Part shown: piece after piece, positions 53,896 through 63,931 of the stretch | Numbering within the stretch: the stretch's first letter is position 1 | Layout: every line of letters starts with the position of its first letter | NCBI GenBank assembly: GCA_963767925.1 | Contig: CAVYGB010000006.1 | Span: 352,001 to 416,000, forward strand | Direction of reading: 5' to 3' | Length of the DNA stretch: 64,000 bases | DNA from: an uncultured delta proteobacterium | GTDB taxonomy: Bacteria > Myxococcota_A > Polyangia > Fen-1088 | Translations under genes and position numbers: made by a program | The notes under the pieces: generated by a model | Databases searched by the model: none | The model's input: the letters and a program-made list of their open reading frames with translations, nothing else | Told to the model about the DNA's origin: nothing

Positions 53896-54311
53896 CGAGA
53901 GGCCTCATTTCTGCTCACCAGTACTTTTTCCATCGCTCTCGCGAGCGCGTCGAGGGGCGGAGGCTTCTTTGGGAGGACTACACCAACGACGCTGGCCTCC
54001 GGGGCACCCACGCCTCGGGCAGAGCGGCGACCAGCTCCGAGCTTTTCGCCTGTACACCCATGGCCAACGGTGGTACCGCGGCCGGAAAACCCGATCAATA
54101 GTAAAAGAAGATCGGGGATAGTCGGTTTACCTTCGAGGGTCATCGAACCGCCTCGGACTCTTCGGCTTGGTCGACACCGCGGTGCTTGGCCCAGCAGCGA
54201 TCATTGGCCGTGCGTGCCCGCCATGCCGTACCTCTGTCGTTCCTCTCGCTCATCCGCCCACCGTCTTCGTGGTGCCGTCGTGATGGGTCAAGCCCCGCAT
54301 CCCGTCCAGTC

Positions 54312-55364
54312 TCAACTGCTCGCGAGAATCGTCATCGCCGCGACTTCCTCTTTCGCGATGGCGTGGCACAGCTCGGATGCGGCCATCAGATGCTGGACGC
54401 GCCCATCCACTGCGCATCGCCCCAGCAATTCCGCGATCACGGTCCAGTGATCGGCGGAGCGCGCGAATCCGTCGCGGGCTGCGACGAGAGCCTTCGCCTT
54501 CGAGGGCACTGACGCGGCCACCTCGGCGAGGAAGTCTCGGTAGAGGTTCCGGAAGAGCGCGCCACCCGTTCCTGCCCGCTCCATGAGGTCGGCCGCGAGC
54601 TGAAGGTCTTCGGTCGGCGACTTCGCCTTGGAGAGCCAGGTCGGAAGGGAGCGCGCAAGCTTCGAGAGTCCCGGAGGGCCCATGCCGCCAAAGTCTGGCG
54701 TGAGATAGCGCTCGGCGTTGTTTCGTATTGCGGTCATGGCCGCACCCGCGAGGTCGAGACCCTCGCCCGCCTGGGTCTTGTAGGAGCGCGCTCTTGCGGA
54801 CATCGGGCCTCGCGCGTGCCGTGCGGCCTCGAGCGCTCGCCGCGAAACTCGCTGGACGGAGCCCTGTTGAACCGTGTCGGCGACCTCGATGTCGTCGTCC
54901 ACCAGTCGGAGCGCCGCGACGAAGTGCCCCGCGAAGTGCGGCGGCTGCTCGAAGTACGGCAGGTAGAAGCAGTCGAGCTGAAGCCCAACCGGTCGCGCTT
55001 CGCGTAGGTGCTCCTCGAGCTGAGCCCAGGCCCTCGTCTTCGAGCTGGTCTGCTCCTCGTGAAGGACGATTCCAAGATTGGCGCATGCGGCCTGTGTCAA
55101 CGCGAAAGGCTTGCTCCTGCCGCCGACGAACGGCAAGGGCAAGCTCGCGAGGTTGAGGAACACGAAGCCGAGCGCCTCCCCCAGTCCGAACAGCATGGGC
55201 TCGGAGAGCTCGCATCCCATCGCGCGCAGCAGCGTGCCGGTCGCCACCGTTTCGCAGTGGACGCCAAGGAACGGCCCGGGTCTGGCAGTCGGCGCGGTCG
55301 AGGTTGCGGTCGCACCTTCGCTCCGATTCCGGCGGGCACGGTCTCCGCCGGCGCTGCGCGTCAC
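54312..55364 (-). CDS. BtrH N-terminal / DUF4872-like protein (papain-like fold)
   Basis: GVHCET, LSEPMLFGLGEALGF, LDCFYLPY, HFAGH, MERAGTGGALFRNLYRDFL. Start uncertain. Confidence 0.8.
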   Translation of the reverse strand: MTRSAGGDRARRNRSEGATATSTAPTARPGPFLGVHCETVATGTLLRAMGCELSEPMLFGLGEALGFVFLNLASLPLPFVGGRSKPFALTQAACANLGIVLHEEQTSSKTRAWAQLEEHLREARPVGLQLDCFYLPYFEQPPHFAGHFVAALRLVDDDIEVADTVQQGSVQRVSRRALEAARHARGPMSARARSYKTQAGEGLDLAGAAMTAIRNNAERYLTPDFGGMGPPGLSKLARSLPTWLSKAKSPTEDLQLAADLMERAGTGGALFRNLYRDFLAEVAASVPSKAKALVAARDGFARSADHWTVIAELLGRCAVDGRVQHLMAASELCHAIAKEEVAAMTILASS

Positions 55365-56011
55365 GGCCGAGCCCGGGCCAGAGAATACGCGACGGTGTAC
55401 TGCTGCCTGTCCACGATATCGATGCGCATCGCTCCGGTAGCTCCTTCAGCCCCTGGAGTTCAACCCCGGTGGGCTCATCCGCACCGTCGAATTGGGCGGT
55501 CTACCCATCGTCCCACCAGCACGAGCGCGATACAAGGATTCGCGCGCAGGTTACCGGCCTTCGCGAGGTGCCGAGCGTGTCGATTCACCGTCGTCCAGAT
55601 CCTCGAGAACGTCATCGACGCCATCTGGGACGCCCACCGCGAAGGTCCAGCGAAGACGACGGCCTCTTCTGATCGCCGTTGGACTCGCCGCGCCCCGCAA
55701 ACTGCGTGATCGACGTCCCCTCAGAAAACACGCGCAGGCTCATCCAGGAGGCCCGGTTCTTCCGGACGAAGCTCGTGGAGGGCCTTCGCAGCGGGGCACC
55801 GGGTGGCCAGGCCTTCCTGCGACCGGTCTTCGAGAAGTACGGCGCCCCGGAGGACGTGGCGAAGCGGTTCGTGGAGCGGGTGGCGAAGCTCCTCGGGGGC
55901 GATTCGGCAGGTAAAGCGCTCTGCTCGGAATCGCCCAGCAGCTCGAGACTCCGCGGTCGGAAGGGTACGGGGAAAGGTGATATCCTTCCTGAGGTTTTTC
56001 AGGACGAGAGC

Positions 56012-57178
56012 ATGACGCAGACAGCCGCCGTATACACGGACCGGACCGACAGCGCGGAGGCCGGTCGCCATCTTGGCGAGCAAGTGAATCAGGATCTCGG
56101 GGGCGCGCCCCCCGACGCCGTGATCGTCTTCGCCTCGTCCCGTTTTGACTTCGAGGAGCTCCTCGAGGCGCTCTCCTCCACCTGCAAGCCGAAGCTTCTT
56201 GTGGGATCGTCGTCGGCGGGCGAGTTCACCAGCGGCCATCGGGGGGAAGGAACGGCCTGCGCCTTGGCCCTCCGGTCGACGTACCTGCACGTCTCGGCTG
56301 GGCTCGGCCTTCAGGTGAGCACGGACCGCGCCAAGGCGGCGCGCGACCTCCTGTTCGGCTTCAAGGGCCTCGACGCGTACGAGTACCGGTATCGGTCCGC
56401 ACTCATCATGACGGATGCCCTGGCGGGGCACGCGGAAGACCTGGTCGAGCAGCTCACGATGCTCACCTCGGGCAAGTACCAGTTTGCAGGAGGTGGCGCC
56501 GGCGACGATGCAAAGTTTTCGCGTACCCACGTCTTTCTGGGAACGAAGGCGTACTCCGATGCCGTCGTCGGGCTCGAGTTCCTGTCCGACAAGCCTCTCG
56601 GCATCGGCGTTGGACACGGCTGGACGCCCGCCAGCAAGCCTCTCCGCGTCACCGAGGCGGAAGGGATGCGCGTGACGAGCTTGAACGGCACGCCCGCCGT
56701 CGAGGCGTTCGAGGAGCACGCAAAGGCGACGAACCAGAAGTTCGATCGCGCGAAGCCCCTCCCGTTCTTTCTTCACAACATCCTCGGCATCGACACCGGC
56801 AACGGTCATCGGTTGCGCGTCCCGCTGACCGTGAACGACGACGGATCCGTGAACTGCGCCGCCGAGATCACCGCCGGAGCGCGTGTCTACATCATGAAGG
56901 CGACCGCCGACTCCGCCGTGACAGCTGCCGCGAACGCCACGGCTGCCGCCGTCAAGGCCCTCAACGGCGAGAAGCCTGGTGCGGCCTTGTTCTTCGATTG
57001 CGTGGCGACTCGCCTCCGGATGGGTGAGGTGTTCGGGTTCGAGCTCGAGTCCGTGGCCCGGATGCTCGGTGGTGCGGAGCTCGTGGGATGCAATACGTAC
57101 GGGCAGATCGCGCGCGCAGAAGGGCAGTTCGGGGGCTTTCATAACTGCACTGCGGTTGTGATGGTGCTGCCGACCTAG
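56012..57178 (+). CDS. FIST-domain signal transduction protein
   Basis: LVGSSSAGEF, FAGGGAGDD, GHGWTP, FFDCVATR, GCNTYGQI, FHNCT. Start taken as ATG 56012. Confidence 0.9.
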   Translation: MTQTAAVYTDRTDSAEAGRHLGEQVNQDLGGAPPDAVIVFASSRFDFEELLEALSSTCKPKLLVGSSSAGEFTSGHRGEGTACALALRSTYLHVSAGLGLQVSTDRAKAARDLLFGFKGLDAYEYRYRSALIMTDALAGHAEDLVEQLTMLTSGKYQFAGGGAGDDAKFSRTHVFLGTKAYSDAVVGLEFLSDKPLGIGVGHGWTPASKPLRVTEAEGMRVTSLNGTPAVEAFEEHAKATNQKFDRAKPLPFFLHNILGIDTGNGHRLRVPLTVNDDGSVNCAAEITAGARVYIMKATADSAVTAAANATAAAVKALNGEKPGAALFFDCVATRLRMGEVFGFELESVARMLGGAELVGCNTYGQIARAEGQFGGFHNCTAVVMVLPT

Positions 57179-57182
57179 GGGC

Positions 57183-58841
57183 ATGTTCGATCGTGAGACG
57201 ATTCAGCTTGTAGCGGCCCTCGCCGAAGCCCCCTCACGGACGGCGGCTGCTGCCGCTTTGGCCGTCCAACTCGGGGTCGACGCCCTTCTGCTCTTCGTCG
57301 AGGATCCGGACGTCGAGGCCCTTCTCCCGGCCGCGGGGCTTCCTCAGACAATCGCTGGCGGTTCGGCATGGCGCACGTTCTTGAGCCAGTGCCGTGTCCC
57401 AGGCGTGCATCATGGGACCGTCGGCTATCCGAGTGCCGAAGCGGCTGTCCCCGCGCTTGCCTGCAGCGGGTCTGGGGTGGCGCTTGTGTTTGTTGGACGC
57501 CAGTGCGATCGGGCACGCATCGAACCGATCTGCCTGATGCTCCCGCTTCTCGGATCAACCCTGCGGGCCGAGCACGCAGCGGCCTCCGCTTCGGGCGAGC
57601 TGACCGTCGCGCGCGAGGATGCGCGCCACGCGGGTGCGCTCGCACGATCACTTGACGCCGCTCGTGCCGACCTCGAGCACCAGGCGAAATCGCTCACCGA
57701 GGCTCGTATACGTGCAGAGGAAGCCACCCGCGCGAAGGACGAGTTTCTGGCGATGCTCGGACACGAGCTGCGCAACCCGCTCGCGCCCATGATGACGGCT
57801 CTGCAGCTCCTACGCATGCAGGGGAGCACATCGCGTGTTCACGAGGTACTCGAACGTCAAGTCACCCAGCTGATGCGGCTCGTTGACGACCTCCTCGACG
57901 TCTCTCGCATCGCTCGTGGGAAGGTGGAGCTTCGGAAAGAACGCTTCGAGCTTGCCGCCGTTACCGCGCGCGCGGTCGAGATGGCGAGCCCGCTCCTCGA
58001 GCGGAAGCTGCAGGTGCTCACCGTCCAGGTTCCGTCCGAGGGAATACCGATGGAAGGCGATTCGGATCGCCTGGCGCAGGTCTTCTCGAACCTCCTCACG
58101 AACGCAGCGAAATACAGCGCTGCCAACACGCGTGTGGTGCTCTGCGCCGAGCGCAACGGCAACCGTGCCATCGTGCGCGTCAAGGATGAAGGATTCGGCA
58201 TCGAGCCGGACATGTTGAACGCCGTCTTCGAGCTCTTCACCCAGCAGCAGCAATCCGCCGATCGGTCGCAGGGAGGACTGGGACTCGGCCTTGCGATCGT
58301 GAAGAACCTCGTGACGCTCCACGGAGGAACCGTCCGAGCCATGAGCGAGGGACGCGGCAAAGGCAGCGAGTTCGTCGTGGAACTTCCTACGAGCAGTGCG
58401 AATGCGCACGCGGTGCAGACCCGTCCGGACAAAGAGGCTCCAGCCACGAGAAAGGCTCAGACATCCGAACGCGTCCTCTTGGTCGATGACAACGAGGACG
58501 CGGCCGAGATGATGTCCGAGGCCTTGGCCGACCTTGGCTATGACGTTCGAACCGCTCCCGATGGTCCGTCGGCTCTTCGTGTCGCCGCGGAGTTTCGTCC
58601 CCAGATCGCGCTGCTCGACATCGGGCTCCCCGTCATGGATGGCTACGAACTCTGTCGCAGGATGCGCGACGCATACCCGTCGAAGTCGATGCGCCTCGTG
58701 GCGCTGACGGGGTATGGCCAAGCGTCGGACAAGGCGCGATCACAGGGAGCGGGGTTCGACGCACATCTGGTAAAGCCCGTCGATATCCAAAAGCTTCAGC
58801 GCCTTCTCGACGGACTGCAGACTACCTCGCCGTCCGCCTGA
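57183..58841 (+). CDS. Hybrid histidine kinase (HisKA-HATPase-REC)
   Basis: LGHELRNPL, NLLTNAAKY, GGLGLGL; receiver LVDD..LLDIGLP..VKP. Confidence 0.93.
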   Translation: MFDRETIQLVAALAEAPSRTAAAAALAVQLGVDALLLFVEDPDVEALLPAAGLPQTIAGGSAWRTFLSQCRVPGVHHGTVGYPSAEAAVPALACSGSGVALVFVGRQCDRARIEPICLMLPLLGSTLRAEHAAASASGELTVAREDARHAGALARSLDAARADLEHQAKSLTEARIRAEEATRAKDEFLAMLGHELRNPLAPMMTALQLLRMQGSTSRVHEVLERQVTQLMRLVDDLLDVSRIARGKVELRKERFELAAVTARAVEMASPLLERKLQVLTVQVPSEGIPMEGDSDRLAQVFSNLLTNAAKYSAANTRVVLCAERNGNRAIVRVKDEGFGIEPDMLNAVFELFTQQQQSADRSQGGLGLGLAIVKNLVTLHGGTVRAMSEGRGKGSEFVVELPTSSANAHAVQTRPDKEAPATRKAQTSERVLLVDDNEDAAEMMSEALADLGYDVRTAPDGPSALRVAAEFRPQIALLDIGLPVMDGYELCRRMRDAYPSKSMRLVALTGYGQASDKARSQGAGFDAHLVKPVDIQKLQRLLDGLQTTSPSA

Positions 58842-59105
58842 GCGCGATCTGCTCGGGCTTGACCGCTACCTGGACATTCGCTCCCCCTCCCGGAGTCGGC
58901 GGCCGCGATCCCGACCGCACGACCTCGAGATGCTCGGCCCGCGTCGAGCAGGTCATCGCGCCGCCCTGTTCATGGTGCGTGCAGCTCGCGGGAATGCGAG
59001 CAGGGCCGGCCATGATCCTCATTCCTACCTGAACCCGGGCGACCGGCCAAGCAGGCCCGGGCGACGGCCATTCGTCACGGTCGCGCCGTGGTCACCGGGT
59101 TCCGG

Positions 59106-59294
59106 TCATCTCACGAGAGCCCACCGGTTGTAAGCGTCGATCCATTCGGCACCGGCGGGTCGTGGCCTGGGCAGGGGAAGGTCGACCAGGGGTATCGACT
59201 GTCGGAACCGGCCACGTGTGCAGATCGCGACTATGACCCCATAGTCGCTGAGCTCGACGCCTTCCACCGTGACATCCACCCCGAACATCTTCAC
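59106..59294 (-). pseudogene. C-terminal fragment of a CcbP-like ('calcium-binding') family protein
   Basis: GVDVTVEGV..IVAICTRGRFRQSIPLVDLPLP..GAEWIDAYNRW; the N-terminal half appears to be missing. Confidence 0.55.
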
Positions 59295-59341
59295 CGAGAA
59301 CGGGAGGGTGAGGTGCTCCTCGAGCGGTTCAAGAAGCCTAC

Positions 59342-59730
59342 GTGCTGCTCGGAATCGTCCTGTGGGAAGAGACGGACCTCATCCGGACGTTTGTCGCCGA
59401 CAACCCTGCCGCCCTGAGCCCCGACCTCCTCGAGCTGGTCGCGAGCTGGCAGCACCGCCGCCCGGGGAAATACGTCGTCTGGAAGCACTACAAGCGGCAC
59501 ACGCTGCTGATGGAGGGTCCCGGTAGGGGCTTCGGCGTGCTCGGCCTGTACAGCACCTGGGACGAGATCCTGCCCCAGGCGCCGCCCGTGATGGTGAAGG
59601 CGGGTTCTCCTTCCCTTCGGGGATCGCATCATCCACGACGGCCTGGTGGCCGCTCACAACGTCTACCTCGGCCCCGGAATCCGACGCGACTACCGGGAGA
59701 TGGTCCGTGACCTCAAGGCGCAGGGCGGCC
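59342..59730 (+). pseudogene. Frameshifted, 5'-truncated conserved hypothetical gene
   Basis: FVADNPAALS..VASWQHR..KHYKRH..GVLGL, continuing after a shift near 59605 as LLPFGDRIIHDGL..NVYLGPGIRR. Confidence 0.45.
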
Positions 59731-59917
59731 CGACGCTCTCGCTTCTCCCAACCACGCAGTCGCGCAGCCACACCCCCGCGCGTGCTCGCCAGCCCGACCT
59801 CCGCCCTCGCGGTTCGCACCCGTCACGAATGGTCGGCCGAAGGTAACGGACACGAACCAGCCACTGACCCGCGAATTCGCGTGGTTGCGAACCTTGGTCC
59901 GCCAGCTGTGGCTCTTG

Positions 59918-59990
59918 CTCCGAAGGAGGGACTCGAACCCCCGACCCGGCGGTTAACAGCCGCCTGCTCTGCCAACTGAGCTACTTCGGA
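59918..59990 (-). tRNA. tRNA-Asn (GTT)
   Basis: Minus strand TCCGAAGTAGCTCAGTTGGCAGAGCAGGCGGCTGTTAACCGCCGGGTCGGGGGTTCGAGTCCCTCCTTCGGAG forms a full cloverleaf; CCA not encoded. Confidence 0.97.
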
Positions 59991-60029
59991 ATGTTTGGAC
60001 GGGCCATTATGGGGGCGAGCGGCCAGCAG

Positions 60030-61205
60030 TCAAGGGGGCGGGTGGCTGGAAGGTCGGGTGGCCGCCTGCGGCGCGGAGCGGGGCTTGAACCGGAGCAGGC
60101 GGGCGGCGTTGTCGTAGTAGATCTTGCGCAGGACCGCCTCGGACAGCCCGACGCCGTCGATCGACCAGCGGCCCTGGATGGGGGTGGGGTGGGGAAACTG
60201 CCGGTCGCGGGTCTCGAAATAGCGGTAGGTGGCCGAGAAGAACAGCTCCTCGTCCTTCGCGGTGGGGGGATCGGCGCCGTTCGAACCGTACATCATCTCT
60301 TCCTGGCTGCCGCCCACCCCGGTGTCGGTGCCGAAGAGGACCCGATCCTGGTATTTCTCGTAAAAGCGCCGCATCTTGTCGGCGTCGTGGCGCCCGATCT
60401 CGGGCACCCGGGCCGCCGTGTCGACGTAGAGGTTCGGGTACTTGTCGAGCATGCGGGCGACCTGGTCGGGGTCTTCGGGCGCGTTGCCGAAGTGCACGCC
60501 GATGAAGGTCGTCTTCGGGTGGCGGGCCACCCGGTGCTCGAAGGCCTGGTAGAGCTGCTCCCAGGACGGCACCGACGGCTCGCCGTAGAACGACCACTCG
60601 GGGTGGGCCTTCAGCTCGTCGTAGCGTTCGTTCTCGGGGCCGGGCGGCTGCCAGAACGCCTTGGGATCGCCGGTGTGGATGGCGACGGGCATACCCAGGG
60701 CGCCCGCCTTCTCGAACAGGGGGTCCAGGCCGGGATCGTCGACGGGCAGCGGGCGCGACAGGTCGGGGGTGGGGTAGCCCAGGCCGAGGCCCTTGGAGAT
60801 CTTCAGGCCGACCGCCCCCTCCTTCTTCGCCTCCTCGAGCTGGCCGGCCAGGAAGCTGCCGTAGTCCTTGTGCAGGCGCACGGCCCGCACGAAGTCCACG
60901 TTGGCGAACACGGCGATCCGGCCCCGCGCGCGCGCCGCCGCCTGCAGCTGGGTCTCCAGCATCCGCCGGGGCGGGCCCGGATACATGCCCGACAGGTTCA
61001 CCACTCCGTCGATCCCCCAGCGGTCCATGAGGGCCAGGGCGCGGTCGATGCCGTCGGGCCCGATGTGGGTGTGCACGTCGATGCGGCGAAAGCGGGCCCC
61101 CGGGGGCGGCGGGCCGTCGCTCTTGCGGCAGGCGGGCGCGCCCAGCGCCGCGAGGCCAGCGGCCGCGGCCAGCAACCAACCGCCTGGCGCCGATCTGCGA
61201 CCCAC
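60030..61205 (-). CDS. Amidohydrolase_2-family metal-dependent hydrolase, probably exported
   Basis: IDVHTH, GLKI, AIHTGD, GVHFGN, LFGTD, IYYDNA. Start taken as GTG 61205, after AGGA. Confidence 0.88.
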   Translation of the reverse strand: MGRRSAPGGWLLAAAAGLAALGAPACRKSDGPPPPGARFRRIDVHTHIGPDGIDRALALMDRWGIDGVVNLSGMYPGPPRRMLETQLQAAARARGRIAVFANVDFVRAVRLHKDYGSFLAGQLEEAKKEGAVGLKISKGLGLGYPTPDLSRPLPVDDPGLDPLFEKAGALGMPVAIHTGDPKAFWQPPGPENERYDELKAHPEWSFYGEPSVPSWEQLYQAFEHRVARHPKTTFIGVHFGNAPEDPDQVARMLDKYPNLYVDTAARVPEIGRHDADKMRRFYEKYQDRVLFGTDTGVGGSQEEMMYGSNGADPPTAKDEELFFSATYRYFETRDRQFPHPTPIQGRWSIDGVGLSEAVLRKIYYDNAARLLRFKPRSAPQAATRPSSHPPP

Positions 61206-61213
61206 CAAGGGTC

Positions 61214-63931
61214 CTACTGCGGAGAGGTGGAGCCGCCCGCGGACGGCTCGGCGAAGGGGTTCGTCTTGCGATCGGGCTCGATCGGCGGGGGACCGACGGC
61301 TGGAGGATCCGAGGTCGGCACCGAGGGATCGGCGCCCCGGGTCGGCGACACCGGGCCGGGCACTTCGGGCGCGGTGGGCGGCCCCGCGGCCGGGGTCAGC
61401 TTCGCCACCACGGTCAAGGTGCGCACGTTGCCCCGCTTGGTCCACACGTCGGAGGTGCTCAAGGTGCGATCGTGCGGCTCGAACCCGGCCCGGCGCACGG
61501 TCAACGCGTAGCTGCGGGTGGGATCGAAGATCCGCCGCACGAAGGGCGTCTGCCCCTCCACCTGACCGTCGATCAGCACGTCGGCGCCCGACGGGATGGA
61601 CCGCACCGTGAGCCAGAAGACGTCCTCCGCCCCCTCCCCCTGGACAGCGGCCGGCGGGCTGGCCGGGGCAGCGGCCTTGGGCTCGACCTCGGCGGGCGGC
61701 GCGGGGGCGGGCGCCGCCGCAGCCGGCTCGGCCCGCTCACGGGCGTCGGCGGCCGCGATGACCTCGCGCACCGAGCGCCCCCGGAGGGGTCGGCCCCCGG
61801 GGCCCCTGGCGCCCGGGCGCAGCCCGGGACCCTTCTCCGCCGCGGCAGCCGCCGGGGCTGGCGCCGCCTCTTTCACTGCTCCTGCTGCTGCCGCTGCCGG
61901 GGCGCTGCCGGGGGCAGTCGCCGGGGGCGGGGTGGCCGGAGCGGCGGCCGGCGGCGTCGCGGCCTGCTTGGCGGCCTCGGCGGCGGGCGGCGGGGTCTCC
62001 TTGGCCGTCTCCTTTACCGACTCTATTGCCGCCTCGGCGGGGCTCGCCGCCTGGGCACTCTCGGCCGCGGGCGCGCTGGACGGCTCGGTCGGAGCCGCTG
62101 CCTGGGGAGTGGGGGCCGTGGCGGGGCGCAGCAGCGCCGGCAGCAGCAGCAGCGCCGCGGCGACGATGCCGCCGGCCGCCAAGGTGAGGGCCACCCACAT
62201 CTTGACCGAGGCGAAGCGGCCGCCCGCCCCCTCTTCCTCGGGCGGCTCGGCCATTTTCCGGGCGGCAGGATCGCCCGACGGCACCGGCCAGGCCGGCGTC
62301 ATCGGCTGGCCCGGATGGGAATCGAGCGCCCCCACGGCGGGCAGCGCGGGCGCCGTCGACATGCTCTCCAGCGTCCCGGGGCCCCAGCGGCCGTCACCCG
62401 TGATCGGCGGAGTGGGCGCCCGCGACGGGAAGGGCTCGCGCGGGAAGGGGTCCCGGTCGGGCGTCGCCAGCGACGGGGCCGACGGGAAGGGCGAGGGGAC
62501 CCCATATGGGGTGGAGGTGGCCCCGGGCAGGGGCGGCGGGCGCCAGCCCGCGTTCGGGTCGGACGGCATCCGCTCGGTGTTCGTCGTCGACAGGATGAGC
62601 GGGTTGGCGTCGGTCAGGCGGTTGTCGCCGGTCGCCTGGGGTGGCGGCGCCTTGATCTCGCGCGTCGCCCCCAGGGGCTGGCCCCCATAGCTGTACTGGG
62701 TCGGGGGCGTACGGCGCTCGGGGCGGTTGGTCCGGGAAGGGGGAGGAACCGTCCAGTCGTTGCTGGGCGCCGCGGCGGGCGGCATGGTCGGGAACTGGCT
62801 GGGGGTCTGGGCGGGCGTGAAACCCCGCAGCGGCGGCGTCGGCTCGGGCGCCCGGGGCTGGGTGGTGCGGGCGGCAGCCCCGCTGTACAGGGAGGCCGAC
62901 GCGCGCACGTTGGTGACGTCGTCGTCGTCGCCGTAGTCGCCGCCCCCGTTGGTCCCCAGGTTGGACGCCTCGGTGTCGTCGACGGCGATCTCCTCGCTGA
63001 CCGCGGCCTCGTCGTCTTCGTGCTCGACATCGTCGTAGGCCTCGGCCTCGATCTCCGCTTCGTCCGCGGCGACGGCGTCCTGGAGATCCTGGTCGTCGTC
63101 CCCGTCGTCCTCCTCGAGGTCCGCGTCGTCGAGGAGCTGCTGCTGCTGCAGCAGGGCCGCGCTGGCCCGGGGATCCTGCAGCCGCGTCTGCTCCTGATCC
63201 GACTCCCCGCCGCCCTCGTAAAAGAAGCTCGGCGGCAGGCTGGCCAGCTCGGTCGGCTCGGCGTCCTCCTCGACGAAGGCGTTGCGCATCGACCGCACCG
63301 GAGTGCCCGGGCTGGTGGGCGCGCTGGCCAGCGCCGAGGGGGCGGGGGCCGGCAGCCGCGCGGCGGGCGCGGTCGGCACCGCCGCCGCCGGCACCGTCGG
63401 CACTGGCATGGTGCCCGAGACGCGGCTCGACCGGGGCGCCGCCGCCTTCTCGGGCGGGCTGGCGATCGCCACCGGCCTGGACTCCTGCCGCGCGCGCGGC
63501 GGCTCCCGCACCTCCACCCGCGACTCGGATCGCGGCTCGGGCAGCGGAGGGCCGCGATCGGCCGTCGCGTGGGGGAAGGCGGGCTGGTGATTCGCCAGGC
63601 GCGCCTTGGCCTCGAGGATGCGGGCGAGCATCGTCCGGCTGGGGGCGTTGAGCGCCTCGAAGCGGATGCCCATGCCCGAGGGCGCCTCGCGCGTCAGCTC
63701 AGGCCCACGGGTCCAGGCCACCGACCCACGCCCGACGATGAGCACGCTCCCGTCGTTCAGGCTCAGATCGAGGGCGAGCATCGTCCCGACCGGGAGCGGG
63801 TCTCGCGTCCGGATGAAGATCTCGTTTTGAGTCAGGTCGGCGGCATAACGTTCGGTAAATTTCTCGAGCGTCTCGCTCTTGAATCTGATCCGAAGAGTTA
63901 TGACGTCTTCCGTGCTTGACGCCTCTGCCAT
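61214..63931 (-). CDS. TIGR02266 (PilZ-like) domain membrane protein with C-terminal PEGA domain
   Basis: LRIRFK..FTERYAADL..IFIRTRDPLPVGT..GSVAW..GMGIRFEAL; long Pro/acidic linker, one TM, VRSIPSGADVLIDG..GQTP. Confidence 0.82.
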   Translation of the reverse strand: MAEASSTEDVITLRIRFKSETLEKFTERYAADLTQNEIFIRTRDPLPVGTMLALDLSLNDGSVLIVGRGSVAWTRGPELTREAPSGMGIRFEALNAPSRTMLARILEAKARLANHQPAFPHATADRGPPLPEPRSESRVEVREPPRARQESRPVAIASPPEKAAAPRSSRVSGTMPVPTVPAAAVPTAPAARLPAPAPSALASAPTSPGTPVRSMRNAFVEEDAEPTELASLPPSFFYEGGGESDQEQTRLQDPRASAALLQQQQLLDDADLEEDDGDDDQDLQDAVAADEAEIEAEAYDDVEHEDDEAAVSEEIAVDDTEASNLGTNGGGDYGDDDDVTNVRASASLYSGAAARTTQPRAPEPTPPLRGFTPAQTPSQFPTMPPAAAPSNDWTVPPPSRTNRPERRTPPTQYSYGGQPLGATREIKAPPPQATGDNRLTDANPLILSTTNTERMPSDPNAGWRPPPLPGATSTPYGVPSPFPSAPSLATPDRDPFPREPFPSRAPTPPITGDGRWGPGTLESMSTAPALPAVGALDSHPGQPMTPAWPVPSGDPAARKMAEPPEEEGAGGRFASVKMWVALTLAAGGIVAAALLLLPALLRPATAPTPQAAAPTEPSSAPAAESAQAASPAEAAIESVKETAKETPPPAAEAAKQAATPPAAAPATPPPATAPGSAPAAAAAGAVKEAAPAPAAAAAEKGPGLRPGARGPGGRPLRGRSVREVIAAADARERAEPAAAAPAPAPPAEVEPKAAAPASPPAAVQGEGAEDVFWLTVRSIPSGADVLIDGQVEGQTPFVRRIFDPTRSYALTVRRAGFEPHDRTLSTSDVWTKRGNVRTLTVVAKLTPAAGPPTAPEVPGPVSPTRGADPSVPTSDPPAVGPPPIEPDRKTNPFAEPSAGGSTSPQ

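Noticed and set aside
55679..56011. N-terminal extension fused to the FIST protein
   Set aside because: More likely upstream debris that happens to be in frame; the FIST domain begins at ATG 56012.
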